The position numbers were made by a program, and so were the translations under genes. Below the pieces are notes generated by a model. That model saw only the letters and a list, made by a program, of their open reading frames with translations. It was not told where the DNA came from and did not search any database. From a plasmid, in sequence record NZ_MK262712.1: a DNA stretch of 64,000 bases; one strand, 5' to 3'. Positions 9,327 through 21,000 of this stretch are shown here, piece by piece (positions within the stretch are counted from its first letter, which is position 1; every line of letters begins with the position of its first letter).

Positions 9327-10420
9327 GTAGCTGAACATTTCCAGGAACGATATTGCAGCGCCTGAGATGTTCAGCCAGAGTTGCCCTTGACTGACCATGG
9401 CGTTGGTTCGTTTCATGCTCGCTTCGAAGAGTTGGTAATCTGCGGCGATACCCAACGACTTGCGATACTGCAGCACACCTTTATCTATTTGGTTGAGGAC
9501 AAAAGCCCCTGTGGTGATATCGTGAGCCTGACCAGCGCTTCCAAAAAGCGAAGACGCCACACCTTGCAGAAAGTCACTTTTTTGTCCTGACTCTTCTTTA
9601 GCCGATTCAACAAACTGATTCATCTGCCCTATACGTTTCATGATAGATACGCCCAGGCGTCGGAACAGGATGCATACTGCAGTCCGGTGGATGTCACCAT
9701 GTGGACGCTGGCCGTCTTCAGGCTGTTTGTCGTCATTGAATCCATCACCGTTTCTATTGAACCAAGATCAGTGACATAGATTTCATTTAACGCCACCCCT
9801 CTTAGTGGGGTCTGAACCTCTGAGTCCTGGGTCGTTTTAATACAATCGCGTGCAATAGACTGGATGATTCTGCAGACATCAAAGGCGACAGGTTTTTCAC
9901 TCCCGCTCATCGTATTCGGGAAAGCCTGACAGAACCCACTGGATTCCCCGCCCCACTCCATATATTTGACCATTTTTGTCATTGGCCCCAGCGTCAGGCT
10001 GTCATCGAGCGTGTCAGTGACCTGCCCCACCGGCGTAAGCGGGTCAAACGCTGCTCGCCAGTCCGTAATTAGCCCGTGAAGTAATCCGGTTGTCAGTTAA
10101 CCGGTTGACGCGATAAATAACGGTACATTGTCTATGTTCCTGACCTCCCCTGTTTTAACCGATTCCAGAGTGACATCGGCTTTAATGACGGGAATTGAAT
10201 AGAACAGCAACCCCATTATCCAGCAGAAGATCGGGACTTCGTTTTTTGTGGGGGCAAGGACCCACCGCAGGGATTTATAAAAAAGTCCAATTGCTGCTGC
10301 ATATTCAGCAAATCTGAGCCATTCATTGGATCCGTGAGTGGAAATAATCAGCGCGATCCCGTAAAAGCCGTATAAACAAAATCGATATCACTAATGGTAT
10401 ATATAGTAAAGTTGCTCATT
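9327..10420 (-). pseudogene. traG/trhG-like (F-type mating-pair-stabilisation protein) N-terminal fragment, frameshifted and truncated by the IS
   Basis: Minus-strand reading MSNFTIYTISDIDF then shifts frame to ...GIALIISTHGSNEWLRFAEYAAAIGLFYKSLRWVLAP...VKTGEVRNIDNVPLFIASTG*. This resembles the F TraG N-domain (...VKVHRVDNVPVGLA...). It continues in ORFs 9638..10030 and 9270..9641. The last 19 codons are read from the IS right end. Confidence 0.4.
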
Positions 10421-10925
10421 TACCCCCCTACACTGTATTGAGGGTAGCTGACCTCTATTAGATACGTTGAATCTATGCCGAAAACGACGTCTCATGTTGA
10501 GTTTGAAAGTTGCATTAAATCGACTCCTGACAGTACTACTGGGAAAAGTAACTCTTCTAAAAAAGTTACTTTTTGGTAGTTTCTCCTCGAAGGTTTCGAG
10601 GCATGGTGTAAAGCACTTATGCCTCCTGGTAGAAGGTTCACTTTTTTCTCGCCATACAAACAATTAACAACGCTGAGTATCTTTCTATGTCTTATCATCT
10701 TTTCAGCCCATTGGTGCAATCTATATATTTTCACATAGTTGAATTTTATTTCTTCCAAATAAGGGTAGGGAAAATCGAAAAAGTTGATTTTTTTTTGGAC
10801 AGGTATATTTTCAACTTTAACGCCTGTTTTTGAGTTTGGTTACTCAGATGTCCAACCGAAAAATAGTATCTTGCACGTGCATAATTTTATGAAATAATGA
10901 TGGAAACAACCACTGGGGCATTTCA

Positions 10926-11774
10926 ATGAAAAAAACATTATTAGCTATCCTCACATGCACTCTTCTGGCCGGATGCGCCACTCAACCACAGAGCCCAGAT
11001 AACCGTATGTTCACAAAAGAACACGGTGTTTACTGGCATGCAGATCCTCAAAAATCGGTGGCAACGAACGCATACGCACTTGCAGGTGTACCAGTAAATG
11101 TAGATGAAGCAGAGAATGCAGGAGGGGGAGTTGATGAAGGTCTTGCTTCAAAAATGCTTCTGAACACTGCTACCGGTGTAATAACAGGCGGGCTTAAAGC
11201 TGGAATTGGGATGTTTACGGCATCACTCTACAGCGAGGCTGATGCTGAATTTCTCATGGTTCCACAGAGTGTGGTTTTCGTTTCAAATCCTCGCAATCTT
11301 CCTTATGACGACCCATCACTTATAAAAGAAGGGGCCAGAATTGTTATCGAGTCAATAAAGGAACAACCTAAAATTTTAGGTGCAACTTATGAGGGTCAAA
11401 TAAACGCCTTGAACGCATGCACAATCTCAAAATCTTCAATGGGACCTTGGGATAGTTGCGAACTTAAATCAAAGGTAGAAAACTCAGGGGATGTAGGAAG
11501 TGAGTTCTTCAAATACCAGGTTATCCGGCCAGCAACTGGTGATGAATTAGCTCAGCTTTCGTTGCCAAAAGGTAATTACTCGATAATTCGATATACTAAT
11601 ATTTTTAGTAAGAATGCTACATTTATGACTAATAACTTTCCAGGTTTTATTCTACAGCCTCAATCAAAGAAAACAGCACCTGGATTTCCTAGTGTGACAA
11701 TTAATAATCTTGAATATTATTTTATTAAAGGTGATCTTGGAAAGAAAGGATTTCCTCATAAGAAAGAAATATAA
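10926..11774 (+). CDS. Lipoprotein, 282 aa
   Basis: Signal peptide plus lipobox (LLAGC|ATQPQ). Confidence 0.5.
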   Translation: MKKTLLAILTCTLLAGCATQPQSPDNRMFTKEHGVYWHADPQKSVATNAYALAGVPVNVDEAENAGGGVDEGLASKMLLNTATGVITGGLKAGIGMFTASLYSEADAEFLMVPQSVVFVSNPRNLPYDDPSLIKEGARIVIESIKEQPKILGATYEGQINALNACTISKSSMGPWDSCELKSKVENSGDVGSEFFKYQVIRPATGDELAQLSLPKGNYSIIRYTNIFSKNATFMTNNFPGFILQPQSKKTAPGFPSVTINNLEYYFIKGDLGKKGFPHKKEI

Positions 11775-11794
11775 TCCGGATTTGTCAGTGAACG

Positions 11795-11826
11795 GAAAGG
11801 CCGGGTCTCCGGCCTCCTACTTTTAA
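11795..11826. terminator. Rho-independent terminator between convergent genes
   Basis: Hairpin AGGCCGG-gtct-CCGGCCT followed by CTACTTTT. Confidence 0.5.
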
Positions 11827-14800
11827 TTAATTGAATTACCAGTTACAGGATCAACGTAGACAGAGCCTACCTCACATACACTTGGTCTCGGAAGGTATGA
11901 ACAATCTACATTGTTGCCATTAATTGCCTGCACATTCTCTTCTCTCGCTTTGGTCATATTGATACTACCCCCCATCGACTCCAGTGTTCGCTCCGAGGAC
12001 AATTGCGCCTCGTTATTTTTATATGGACCCATATTAGCTACAGAACTCTCTGTGAATGCTGCGTATTCATCCGGGACTTCCCCCGCGACAACTGCTGATT
12101 CAATATACTCAGTCATATCTATTTTATCCCAGTCAAGTTGCTGGACCTGTGAGATAGTTAATCCCACACAACCACTTTCTACAGGATTAATTCCCAATTG
12201 CGGATATGCCTGCTGCATTATTACCCTTGATAATAAAGAGTTATAACAGCACATGTCGGTTGCTTTTTTAATGCACTTCTTAGTGAAGCCAACGTTGAGA
12301 TATTTAACGCAACGATCTGTATCAATAACAAAACATGCCCCTTGGTTTTTGTGAATTGACGCTTCCATCTCTTTTTGGTCACAAGCCAGAAGCATTTCGA
12401 GAAGCATTTTTGTGATTTGATAAGCAGTATATATCCAACCAACTATGTTTAAAGCTAACATAAAATTCTGAACAGCACTTGAGAAAACTGCCTGTCCAAG
12501 TTGTGTGGTGGCCGTCTTATCAAACACAAAGTCCCTGATTGCATCGGGCAACATATCGTAAGCTTTATTCATCAACTGCTGTTTTATTGCAGCGAGACCG
12601 CCGGTCTGTAACCCATCTTTGGTGAGCTCTGTTGTAACAGCTGAACCTCCCCCTTCAACTGTTGAAGAGCCAATAAGTCTCGAGACGTTTCCTGCTATTG
12701 ATTCATAAGCAGAAGTTAGTGGTTCAGTCACGCGTTGCCACATTTGGCCCACGCTTGAAGATACACCGGAGGTCCATTGTCCGACAGAGTTCGTCATCGA
12801 TGCCCACGTACCTGACTCACCACCAGTCCAGGTTGTCAGCTTTGCTGATATTTTTTCCCAGTTTGTGTTTCTGAGCATTGTCCCGGCTAAGATAATTGCC
12901 TCTAGTTTTCCGGCTGCACCTTTAGGAGCTTCGCAGCAATCTGTTTTTGCCAACCCGTTTACAAAGCCTACAGAACGGCCACACCATTGCTTCTCTCCGG
13001 AGAAGACAATGCAACTATTGGGGTCGTTAGGGTCACTACACATAGCATCGCCCTGCATGTTCTGAACCATGCTGCTATAGGCTGCGACCTTACCGAAATC
13101 ACTGTTTTGTTCATTCGCACCGGTATTACAAGTACCTCCTGAACATGGGATCATGCCTACGCAGGTGTTTGCTTCGTTTGTTACTGTCACAGTCCTTGTT
13201 ATTCCTTCATCACAGGTCCACTTTTGTTCGTACATGTAACATTGATTAGTAGCAGAATCGAACCATCCCTCAGCGCATGTTTGACTGGACATAGTGCATG
13301 CAGAGTTTGTAGAGTATTTTGAACATGCATCAGGCATATTCTTTATCTGGTCATAATTGTAACAAGCCTCATTGCCATTCTCATCTTTAAGAATATTTCC
13401 TGATGCATCATACTGACATAATTTTTCTTTCCCTAACGGATCGCAAAAATATCCTTCTAGATTAGTTTTCCAGGTTAAGTTACCTTGGTCTCCTTCATAT
13501 AAAGGTGATGCATATTGCAATATCGATTGTGGTAAACGTTTAGTGCCTACATCAAGATCGGCAAAACGATCAAACCTGCAAAATGAACCTGTTTGTTTAA
13601 CAACATCGTAGCAGCCAGGTGGGTCCTGTATATGTTTATCTTCAAGTTTGATATTTTCAAAAATTAGTTCTACTTCAAAGTACCCTTCACCGTTACCCCC
13701 GACCCATACAGTAGATGACATTTCAACTTCGTGGTCACTTTCTTTGTACACGGATTCTGAAACTTGGCGCGTTATATCAATAGGTTCCTTTAATTTATTC
13801 GATTTATTTCTCTCCATGCCATTACGTGGTGGGCCATAACCAGGTTCGCGATATTCACCATCGATATGAGCAAAAATCTGCTTGCCATCAAGATTAACTT
13901 GCATGTGGTCATCCCACTCAGCATTTACTATGCTTGCTGATTTTAAGATAGCGTCCTGGTGGAAATGAAGCGTCATGCTATTGTCATAAACACCACCAGA
14001 CCAGTAGTCATTACCACGCTTTCCGAACCAGATACGTATACAGTTATCGCCACATACGCTTAGGTCACCATTACCACCAGAGATGTAAACTGGTACACTG
14101 AAGTCACGTGTAATAGTGCAACTACCATAATTATCTTTTTTAGGTGCGTTACAGTAATATTCCTTATAATCAGGAATATGTTTTTCTTTTGTTGTAGTTG
14201 TGGTCTGTGTTGAACAGTTTTGCAACCATTGACCCGTACCAGCCGCTGCGTTTGCTATTTCATTTCTGCCACTTGTAAACATTGGGTCATTTGGCGAAAT
14301 ATTAGGGGCTGGATTGGATTTTGTTGCAGCCACCAGCGAACGATATGCTTGCCCATCATAACTATTAGCAGTGAATAATTGACTCTTACGAGTTTTTATA
14401 TCGTTAATGAATCCTTTCTCGTCACCATAACTATCACCAGCATTAAACTGAACATCAGCATTATTTTGCTCTGAACTATACATTTCAGCTGTATTGGTAC
14501 TAGTGATCGCGCCTCCAGGATTGGGGTTGTTACTTATAGATATACTTCCATCCTGGTTACGTGAAAGTAACTTTCCACCGTTTTCTGAACCTTTTATGTT
14601 TATATTATTACCGTTCATGTTGGGTAGCATTACCGTACCAGCGATGTCCGAACCATCAGTTTTGGCATAATTCAAAACATCATCATTTGTGAATGTTTTT
14701 CCACCATATTTCTTCAGGTCCATTGACGAACTGTTAGTACTATCAAAACCATTTATTTTGTCGGTATAAGAAGGATTTTCACTATTCTTATATTTTTCTA

Positions 14801-15008
14801 AAATGTCCTCTGTAGTTACTGTTGAAGTTCTGTTCGCTGCAGGATTAGCAAGATCAAAATTGTTTTCCAGTTGTTCATAAATTTCGTTTGCCGCATATAC
14901 TTTCGGTGCCATCACAATATTGAGAAGCGTGACATAATACGCCCAACTGAGCGTATTAGTTACGATTGACACAGCTACGGCTAAGGAAACAGCCCTTTTA
15001 AATATCAT
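11823..15008 (-). CDS. trhN: TraN-like mating-pair-stabilisation protein (TrhN-like), 1061 aa
   Basis: Signal peptide, very Cys-rich secreted protein, position and size match TrhN of H-type plasmids; assigned by synteny (trhP-trhW-trhU-trhN). Confidence 0.65.
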   Translation of the reverse strand: MIFKRAVSLAVAVSIVTNTLSWAYYVTLLNIVMAPKVYAANEIYEQLENNFDLANPAANRTSTVTTEDILEKYKNSENPSYTDKINGFDSTNSSSMDLKKYGGKTFTNDDVLNYAKTDGSDIAGTVMLPNMNGNNINIKGSENGGKLLSRNQDGSISISNNPNPGGAITSTNTAEMYSSEQNNADVQFNAGDSYGDEKGFINDIKTRKSQLFTANSYDGQAYRSLVAATKSNPAPNISPNDPMFTSGRNEIANAAAGTGQWLQNCSTQTTTTTKEKHIPDYKEYYCNAPKKDNYGSCTITRDFSVPVYISGGNGDLSVCGDNCIRIWFGKRGNDYWSGGVYDNSMTLHFHQDAILKSASIVNAEWDDHMQVNLDGKQIFAHIDGEYREPGYGPPRNGMERNKSNKLKEPIDITRQVSESVYKESDHEVEMSSTVWVGGNGEGYFEVELIFENIKLEDKHIQDPPGCYDVVKQTGSFCRFDRFADLDVGTKRLPQSILQYASPLYEGDQGNLTWKTNLEGYFCDPLGKEKLCQYDASGNILKDENGNEACYNYDQIKNMPDACSKYSTNSACTMSSQTCAEGWFDSATNQCYMYEQKWTCDEGITRTVTVTNEANTCVGMIPCSGGTCNTGANEQNSDFGKVAAYSSMVQNMQGDAMCSDPNDPNSCIVFSGEKQWCGRSVGFVNGLAKTDCCEAPKGAAGKLEAIILAGTMLRNTNWEKISAKLTTWTGGESGTWASMTNSVGQWTSGVSSSVGQMWQRVTEPLTSAYESIAGNVSRLIGSSTVEGGGSAVTTELTKDGLQTGGLAAIKQQLMNKAYDMLPDAIRDFVFDKTATTQLGQAVFSSAVQNFMLALNIVGWIYTAYQITKMLLEMLLACDQKEMEASIHKNQGACFVIDTDRCVKYLNVGFTKKCIKKATDMCCYNSLLSRVIMQQAYPQLGINPVESGCVGLTISQVQQLDWDKIDMTEYIESAVVAGEVPDEYAAFTESSVANMGPYKNNEAQLSSERTLESMGGSINMTKAREENVQAINGNNVDCSYLPRPSVCEVGSVYVDPVTGNSIN

Positions 15009-15017
15009 CTTGACCCC

Positions 15018-16055
15018 TTAACCAAGCCACCTTACGCAGCAATCGTTATAACGCCAAAGCATGTATACATAGTTATTTACACCTATACGTTTTCGTCCGC
15101 CCTTCCGTGTCGACCAGTCATGAACAGAATCACCAAGTCTATGACAACATTCCGGTCCTTCTGCTTCCGGTACGGGATACAGCATCGATAGCCTGTACTG
15201 TGATCTAGGCATGAAATAACTGAACCTGCGTTCGCACATAGCGTCCTGGCCCATGGTTTTCATCAACATTCCTTGCCTGTGCAACTTGGTAATCATTCGT
15301 TGAGTTAATAATGAGGAAACCCGGACTGAATCGTCATTCGCAAAAACATGGCCGGTTAGCGGATAGAGGTTACCATCACAACCTGCACAAAAGTGGGCAC
15401 TCAGATTGTCAGCCCCAGCTGTAACCTTCACACAGTCAGCTGCGCACCACATTGAAGCAATAGGATTTGCGAAAACAACTGCCTCAGGATTTAATACGAG
15501 TGTAAGCAGGTCATTTTCCCAGAGCGGATCAACTTCGCTAATGTAGGTAAGAGACGGGTCAATATAAGGCTCAGCGGTACAATCCCCCATAATGAGGAGC
15601 TTAAGCATCACTAGGATCGGAAACTCCCATAAGTGAACATCATAAAACCCTGCCTCATTACCCCCTTTGGGCCTGTTAGTTGCTCCTTTCCCCATATCGA
15701 AGCTTGAAGACTGAAGACTAACCCCTTCAAGGAATGGCGAACACCATGGTGACTGTACAACCTCTACTATTTTTACTGGTTGGAAAAACGACAGTTGCCA
15801 TCCTACCTCTGGGACCCCATTTTGATCTGTGCAATAACATACGGGTTGTGACGGTGCAGCCCCTTCTGGTGAGGAGCCTACTCCCATAATGCGCATTGGA
15901 AAAATACAGCTCCAACAGATGTTTTTAATCAAACCTTTCCAAACACCGGCCGATTGACAGATTCCGCTACCCGTCTCAGCCCCAATCGCCATTCCTGGTA
16001 AAGCCAGGCTGAGCATGACAGCAGTGAATGCTGACAAAAGTAACTTTCGTATCAT
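15018..16055 (-). CDS. trhU: TraU-like T4SS protein (TrhU)
   Basis: Signal peptide and the TraU hallmark ICWSCIFPMRIMG. ATGA overlap with the upstream gene. Confidence 0.8.
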   Translation of the reverse strand: MIRKLLLSAFTAVMLSLALPGMAIGAETGSGICQSAGVWKGLIKNICWSCIFPMRIMGVGSSPEGAAPSQPVCYCTDQNGVPEVGWQLSFFQPVKIVEVVQSPWCSPFLEGVSLQSSSFDMGKGATNRPKGGNEAGFYDVHLWEFPILVMLKLLIMGDCTAEPYIDPSLTYISEVDPLWENDLLTLVLNPEAVVFANPIASMWCAADCVKVTAGADNLSAHFCAGCDGNLYPLTGHVFANDDSVRVSSLLTQRMITKLHRQGMLMKTMGQDAMCERRFSYFMPRSQYRLSMLYPVPEAEGPECCHRLGDSVHDWSTRKGGRKRIGVNNYVYMLWRYNDCCVRWLG

Positions 16056-17413
16056 TGAGCCGCCTCTTTTTCTGATTGCTGATTTATACGCGTATACTCG
16101 CGTACATCTGCCTGAGCAAACTGCTGTACTTTGAAGTAGGTTCCTTCAACCGATATGATTGTAGGGGTGGACTTAATCAGGAACCGGCTAATGATTTCAG
16201 GGTTGATCTTGTACATCTGCCCATAGAACTGGCCGCGCAACTCCTCTAAATGCTTCCAGCCATCATCACGTTTGATTCGCGTAAAAATGGGCATAACTTT
16301 TCCTTCGCCGAAACGGTGACGAAACTGTATTTTGGCCCATGTCAGCTGCTCAGAATTCATTGGGTCAAAAACGATCATTGTCAGTTTCTGTGGAAATTGA
16401 GCAAGAGGATTTCCCTTCTGCCCTGCGGCAGCAATGAGGTTACCTTGGTTATCTCTAATATCTTGGTTTACCTGAATTGTTGGGTCGATATACCAGATTT
16501 TATTCTCGTCAGATACGGGAAGGGACGCCATCCACTGATTTTGCCAAGTTGATTTTATTGCGTTCTTTTTGGCCGCCTCCCAGTCATATTTATTACTTCT
16601 CTCCTCAAGTTCCTGTACAATACTTTTCTCTTTTATAGGGAATGTTTGGGCTGAAACCGGGAAGGTTGTTTTTTCTGGGTTTTCCTCGATCTGTTTCATG
16701 AAATACTTAATGTTAATCGACCCACTAATCTTGTAGGTTTTATCATCTTTTCTGTACACCATCGTTGGAACTTCTTTTACGCTATACTGGGTAAAACTTT
16801 CCGGATCGAGGGTGACTAAAGGTTCTTTTTTTATTTTTGCTTTAGATATATAATCACGCAGCACTACCTGCATCTGAATAAGGTTTTCTACACCTTCCTT
16901 AAGCCCCCTGAACACCACGCGCGCATTGTTTTCCGATGCTGTTTTAATCAGGTCTATCAATACATAGTCTGGCATGCTGAATGATGCAAATATTGTCAAG
17001 CCATTATCAGTCGATAGTTCTTCATTTTTGTTGTTATCTAATTTACGTTCGAAGTCCTGTGCAGTAATCCCCGACTTCCCAAACATTTTTTCAACGTTGG
17101 AAGACTGGGTTCGCATTGACTCGTTTTTTGACTTGTTAATTGTGTCTGCCTCTTCAGAGAAGGCCTCTGTAGACTGATTCTTTTTTATGTCCTGCGCAAT
17201 ATCACTCATCGCTTCCACTTCACGCAGCTTACCTGTGTGTTCTATCACCGCACGCACACTGTCGGAGACAGAGCTGGGATTGTACCGGGGTGTGCCGACA
17301 ATCGACTCTATGCTTTGAGTCTTTGCATGATCAATAGAGTCATCGGCATATGACAGAGATGTAGCTAACAGGCAGCTAAAAAGTAACTTTTTAATACATT
17401 CAGAAGATGGCAT
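16052..17413 (-). CDS. trhW: TraW/TrbC-fusion-like T4SS protein (TrhW-like)
   Basis: Size and position match the H-type TrhW, which fuses TrbC and TraW. A likely signal peptide starts at MPSSECIKKLLFSCLLATSLSYA (start 17413). The ORF track extends to 17488. Confidence 0.6.
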   Translation of the reverse strand: MPSSECIKKLLFSCLLATSLSYADDSIDHAKTQSIESIVGTPRYNPSSVSDSVRAVIEHTGKLREVEAMSDIAQDIKKNQSTEAFSEEADTINKSKNESMRTQSSNVEKMFGKSGITAQDFERKLDNNKNEELSTDNGLTIFASFSMPDYVLIDLIKTASENNARVVFRGLKEGVENLIQMQVVLRDYISKAKIKKEPLVTLDPESFTQYSVKEVPTMVYRKDDKTYKISGSINIKYFMKQIEENPEKTTFPVSAQTFPIKEKSIVQELEERSNKYDWEAAKKNAIKSTWQNQWMASLPVSDENKIWYIDPTIQVNQDIRDNQGNLIAAAGQKGNPLAQFPQKLTMIVFDPMNSEQLTWAKIQFRHRFGEGKVMPIFTRIKRDDGWKHLEELRGQFYGQMYKINPEIISRFLIKSTPTIISVEGTYFKVQQFAQADVREYTRINQQSEKEAAQ

Positions 17414-17924
17414 ATGCTTTTCCTGTGATTGTCGTTTCTGGTATTGTTCCCCAAAAACGGGAATCCCATGAGTAATCGGTCTGGCCAACTACGAAAATGT
17501 GTCCAGCTGGAACCGTGATTTCACGGTTCAGAATTTGCGGTTCAATATGGTATTTTTTGGCAATACGCCTTCCGTCAACCCGGAAAATACGGTCGCCGTT
17601 TTTAACGTATGTTTCTGTAATCTGGATTTTGTCCCCACCCTTACCAGCAACGATTTTTATTACCTTCTCCCCAGGTTTAATGAATCGAACATCTCTGTCC
17701 ATGGTGAAGTTAATCATATCCCCAATTTCATAGCCCTTATCATATTTATCCACCATGTAATAATCAGCTGGAATACAGCCATGCAGGAGTCCATGCCCCA
17801 GAGTGAAGCGGGAAAAGAACAGATGCATTAATACCGAGATGATCACCAGGTGCAGAATCAGTGATTTATCAACTCGTAAAACACCTCTTCTGTGCGGAGA
17901 AAGATATCTAAGGGACATCAACAT
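17400..17924 (-). CDS. trhP: TraF-type signal/leader peptidase (S26 family; TrhP-like)
   Basis: N-terminal TM segment and S26 peptidase motifs (...KPGEKVIKIVAGKGGDKI...YSWDSRFWGTIPETTITGKAYAIF). Confidence 0.75.
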   Translation of the reverse strand: MLMSLRYLSPHRRGVLRVDKSLILHLVIISVLMHLFFSRFTLGHGLLHGCIPADYYMVDKYDKGYEIGDMINFTMDRDVRFIKPGEKVIKIVAGKGGDKIQITETYVKNGDRIFRVDGRRIAKKYHIEPQILNREITVPAGHIFVVGQTDYSWDSRFWGTIPETTITGKAYAIF

Positions 17925-18011
17925 GAGATGGGTCCTGAATGATTATTTCAGGATATTATGCCCGAAAGGAAGAGGCCATTTGCTGAATAACAAGATGATT
18001 TTAATCATTTA

Positions 18012-18042
18012 CCAAAAAAAATAGCCCCTGACTCAGGGGCTA
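18012..18042 (-). terminator. Rho-independent terminator of the large minus-strand gene
   Basis: Perfect hairpin AGCCCCTGA-c-TCAGGGGCT, followed on the minus strand by T8. Confidence 0.55.
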
Positions 18043-18061
18043 CTCAAGAGAATGACTTATG

Positions 18062-21000
18062 TCAGTTATTCAACGTAATGAAACTTGTCGCTGAATCACC
18101 GCTGTCATCGTAAGCAGTTATAGACACCACCAGCTTACCCTTATTTTGAGCTTTGGACAGTGTTGCAGTACTTCCGAACACACCACGAACCTGATCATTC
18201 ACCTTCCAAACATAACTGGAAATCTTGCCGTCAGGATCACTGCATTTTGCAGTAAATGCCCAGCTCAGTTGCGTTTCAGTGTATGTCAGGTTACATGTAG
18301 GAGGCGTGTTCGGTATCACGTCAAAATCAACCACAACAACCCCTCTCTGACCCTGCGTACTGACAACGTCCATTTCCAGTTTATAACTACCTTCCATGAT
18401 GTTCTCAAACGTCTGTGACCAGTAATTTTTGCCACCATCGACAGGCTTACCATTCAGCTTAAACGTCACATTGTCAATTGAGTCTGCCGAGTGGGCCAGC
18501 TTAACACTGGACCTCAAGGACAGGTCCAGCGGGGCCCTCATGAACTTGTTAGAGTATTTGGGAGTAACGCTAATTTCCATCGGACTCTGTTCGTTCACGA
18601 TAAAAGTGTAATCAACCCGGGCTTCATTGTTCCTGTTATCCTTCAGGACATACGTCAACGTATGTGTACCCGATTTTGTTACCTGGAACACTTTCGTCCC
18701 GTTATTGTCGCTGGACAGCGTCATCATATTTTTGTCGTATTGCCAGTCCTGGGTGAACACAACTCCAGGATAAGAAACATCCACACCAGAGACTGATACG
18801 GTGAGTTCCGAAGGTATCATGGTGTATTTCAGTTTTGTATTCAGGCGTGGCTCCGGGAATTTGTATACCCAAGATTTTACGCTGATTTTCCGTTTTGCTA
18901 TGGTTCTGTCTTTTGCCTCCGGCATGTAGGCCTGATACGTAAACGTTGCATACCCACGTTCATCTAACATGTCTTCGGTCAGGACGGTATCAAGCAGCCC
19001 CCCCTGTTTTACGCTTCCATCAGGGAGCACCCACTCCTGGACAACTTTAGCATCAGATGAGTACTCGATATTAGGGTTCGTGTAGGTACCCTGCAAAGTA
19101 ACTTTTTTACCTACCTCTACCTGCGAGTTCCCCTCAACCTTAACCGACAATTTCTTATGCTTAATGACAGTGACACGAGCACGAGTTTCTTTCCATGCCG
19201 ATTTCCCGGCCATTTCGTCGGTTTCGGTATACCGTACTTTTGCAAAGATATACTTGGGCACCTCCGAGGACGTAATCATGTATTTAACCCCCCCCTCAGT
19301 CCATTCCTCTCCATCCTCTGACCACTGGACTTCAACTGCACTACCTTGTACATCTTCATTGTTATCAGTCAGTGTCACCGGGATGCTGTGCCCCTCAAGA
19401 ACCTTTCCAACCGAGATAACAGGTTTAGGTTCCCGGTAAGCAACCACCGTGAGATTATCGGTATATGAGACCTTACCTGTGTATTTGTTGGTCAGTTTGG
19501 CGCGGTAAAGCCACTTACCTACTTCTTTTTGTTTGATGCTTACGCTTCGAAGTCCGGTCATATCTTCAAGCGTATTCCAGGTTGATCCATTGTTACTGGA
19601 CATCTGCCATTCAGTTGGACTCAGGGAATCATAATCATCGGTACTTTTCGTTCTGAATGAGACCATTGCTGACAGAGGAACTCGGCCTACAATAAGCGAT
19701 TTAGACAGCCCACCTTCGAGGTTGGCCCCTTTATACACCCTGATACTTGTTGTTGATGTCTCACGTTTGAGTACAAAATCTTTAAACGGACTGCGTACCG
19801 TAGCTACTGCGATGATGCGGTGACTACCCAGAGTCAGATCGTCCATGTTGAGCTCACCGGTCGCAATCCCCTCAGAGTTAACGGGCAGATCACCGGTCAG
19901 AGGAGTTCGCTCAGTTACCGAAACATCTTTACCGGTTTCTTCATCCGTAACCCATTTAGAGGTAACTTTGTAAACCACCACATCCCACTGCCCCATTGTG
20001 GAGGCATCGTACAATGTACAGTTACAGCTGTTATTCCATTGGCCGATGTTTACCGATACCGGTACTTTCAAACTCGTTGCTGATTTACGCTCTGCAACTT
20101 TCATATAGGCACGAATACTGAAGTTTGGAACAGTATAAACTTTGAGCACACTGGATGACTTTATACTGGCTTCATTTTCGTAGGAAGCTTCGATGTTTAC
20201 ATTCGTTTGCGTCCACAATGGCGCTGCAGGTACTTTTATACGCTCAGAATAAGTTACCGGCGTATCACCACCTGATTTATTCTTGTAGGTTTTAGTTTCA
20301 GCGTCCTGGCCTTCAACCTTAGTTGTAAGGACAACGTTAGCCGGTACTGATTTTGCAAGCACCTTAGCTGCGTCCCCACCAGTGATATAAACCAGTGCTG
20401 TATCCTTACCAAGAGTCTCTACCGTTTTACTCATCTTGTATGAAATTTCAGGTGCAAACGGTTCAACGGCTTTAACGGTTTTACGGTTATGAGTGGCAAT
20501 GGCTTTAGAGCCTTTTGTATTAATCACATAGACGTTGTAGTCAAGGACGTTATCGCCAACTTTAGAGAAGTAACCCGTCAGGCCAGGAACTTTAGACTTC
20601 GAGTAAAATTCGAGACCAGATGGAACGTTGTTCCACTGAACATAACAGGCCGTTCCATAAACCGCAGTTCCGAACTGGCTAAGAAACGCCTGAGCGTCTT
20701 CTTCAGTAGAGAAAATCTTACAGGTATTCCCTGATTGCTGAGTAACCAGCGAAGTGTAAGGACGGACGTAACCGTAAATCGTAGACGCTGATTCGATGGA
20801 CTTCAGAGTGAAAGTCATCGGCATATAGGTAAAATCGATTGAATAGGTTTTGGATATACCGTTAACATTCTCAGCAACAACCGTCAAAGTATGGACTTTG
20901 TTTGTTTCGAGTGACGGCATCGGCTTTAACCGGTAGATCCCTTTGACGTTTGTGGGAGTGTATGAAGCCATGACGTTATCAATGACAACGCTCTTGATGT

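Noticed and set aside
10391-10758. Small overlapping ORFs of 66-90 aa in the AT-rich stretch upstream of the lipoprotein gene.
   Set aside because: Low-complexity promoter region containing palindrome-motif copies. No coding signature.
17414-17488. Extended N-terminus of the traW-like ORF (MARPITHGIPVFGEQYQKRQSQEKH) overlapping the trhP end by 89 nt.
   Set aside because: A signal peptide begins at the internal Met (17413), so the longer start is probably not used.
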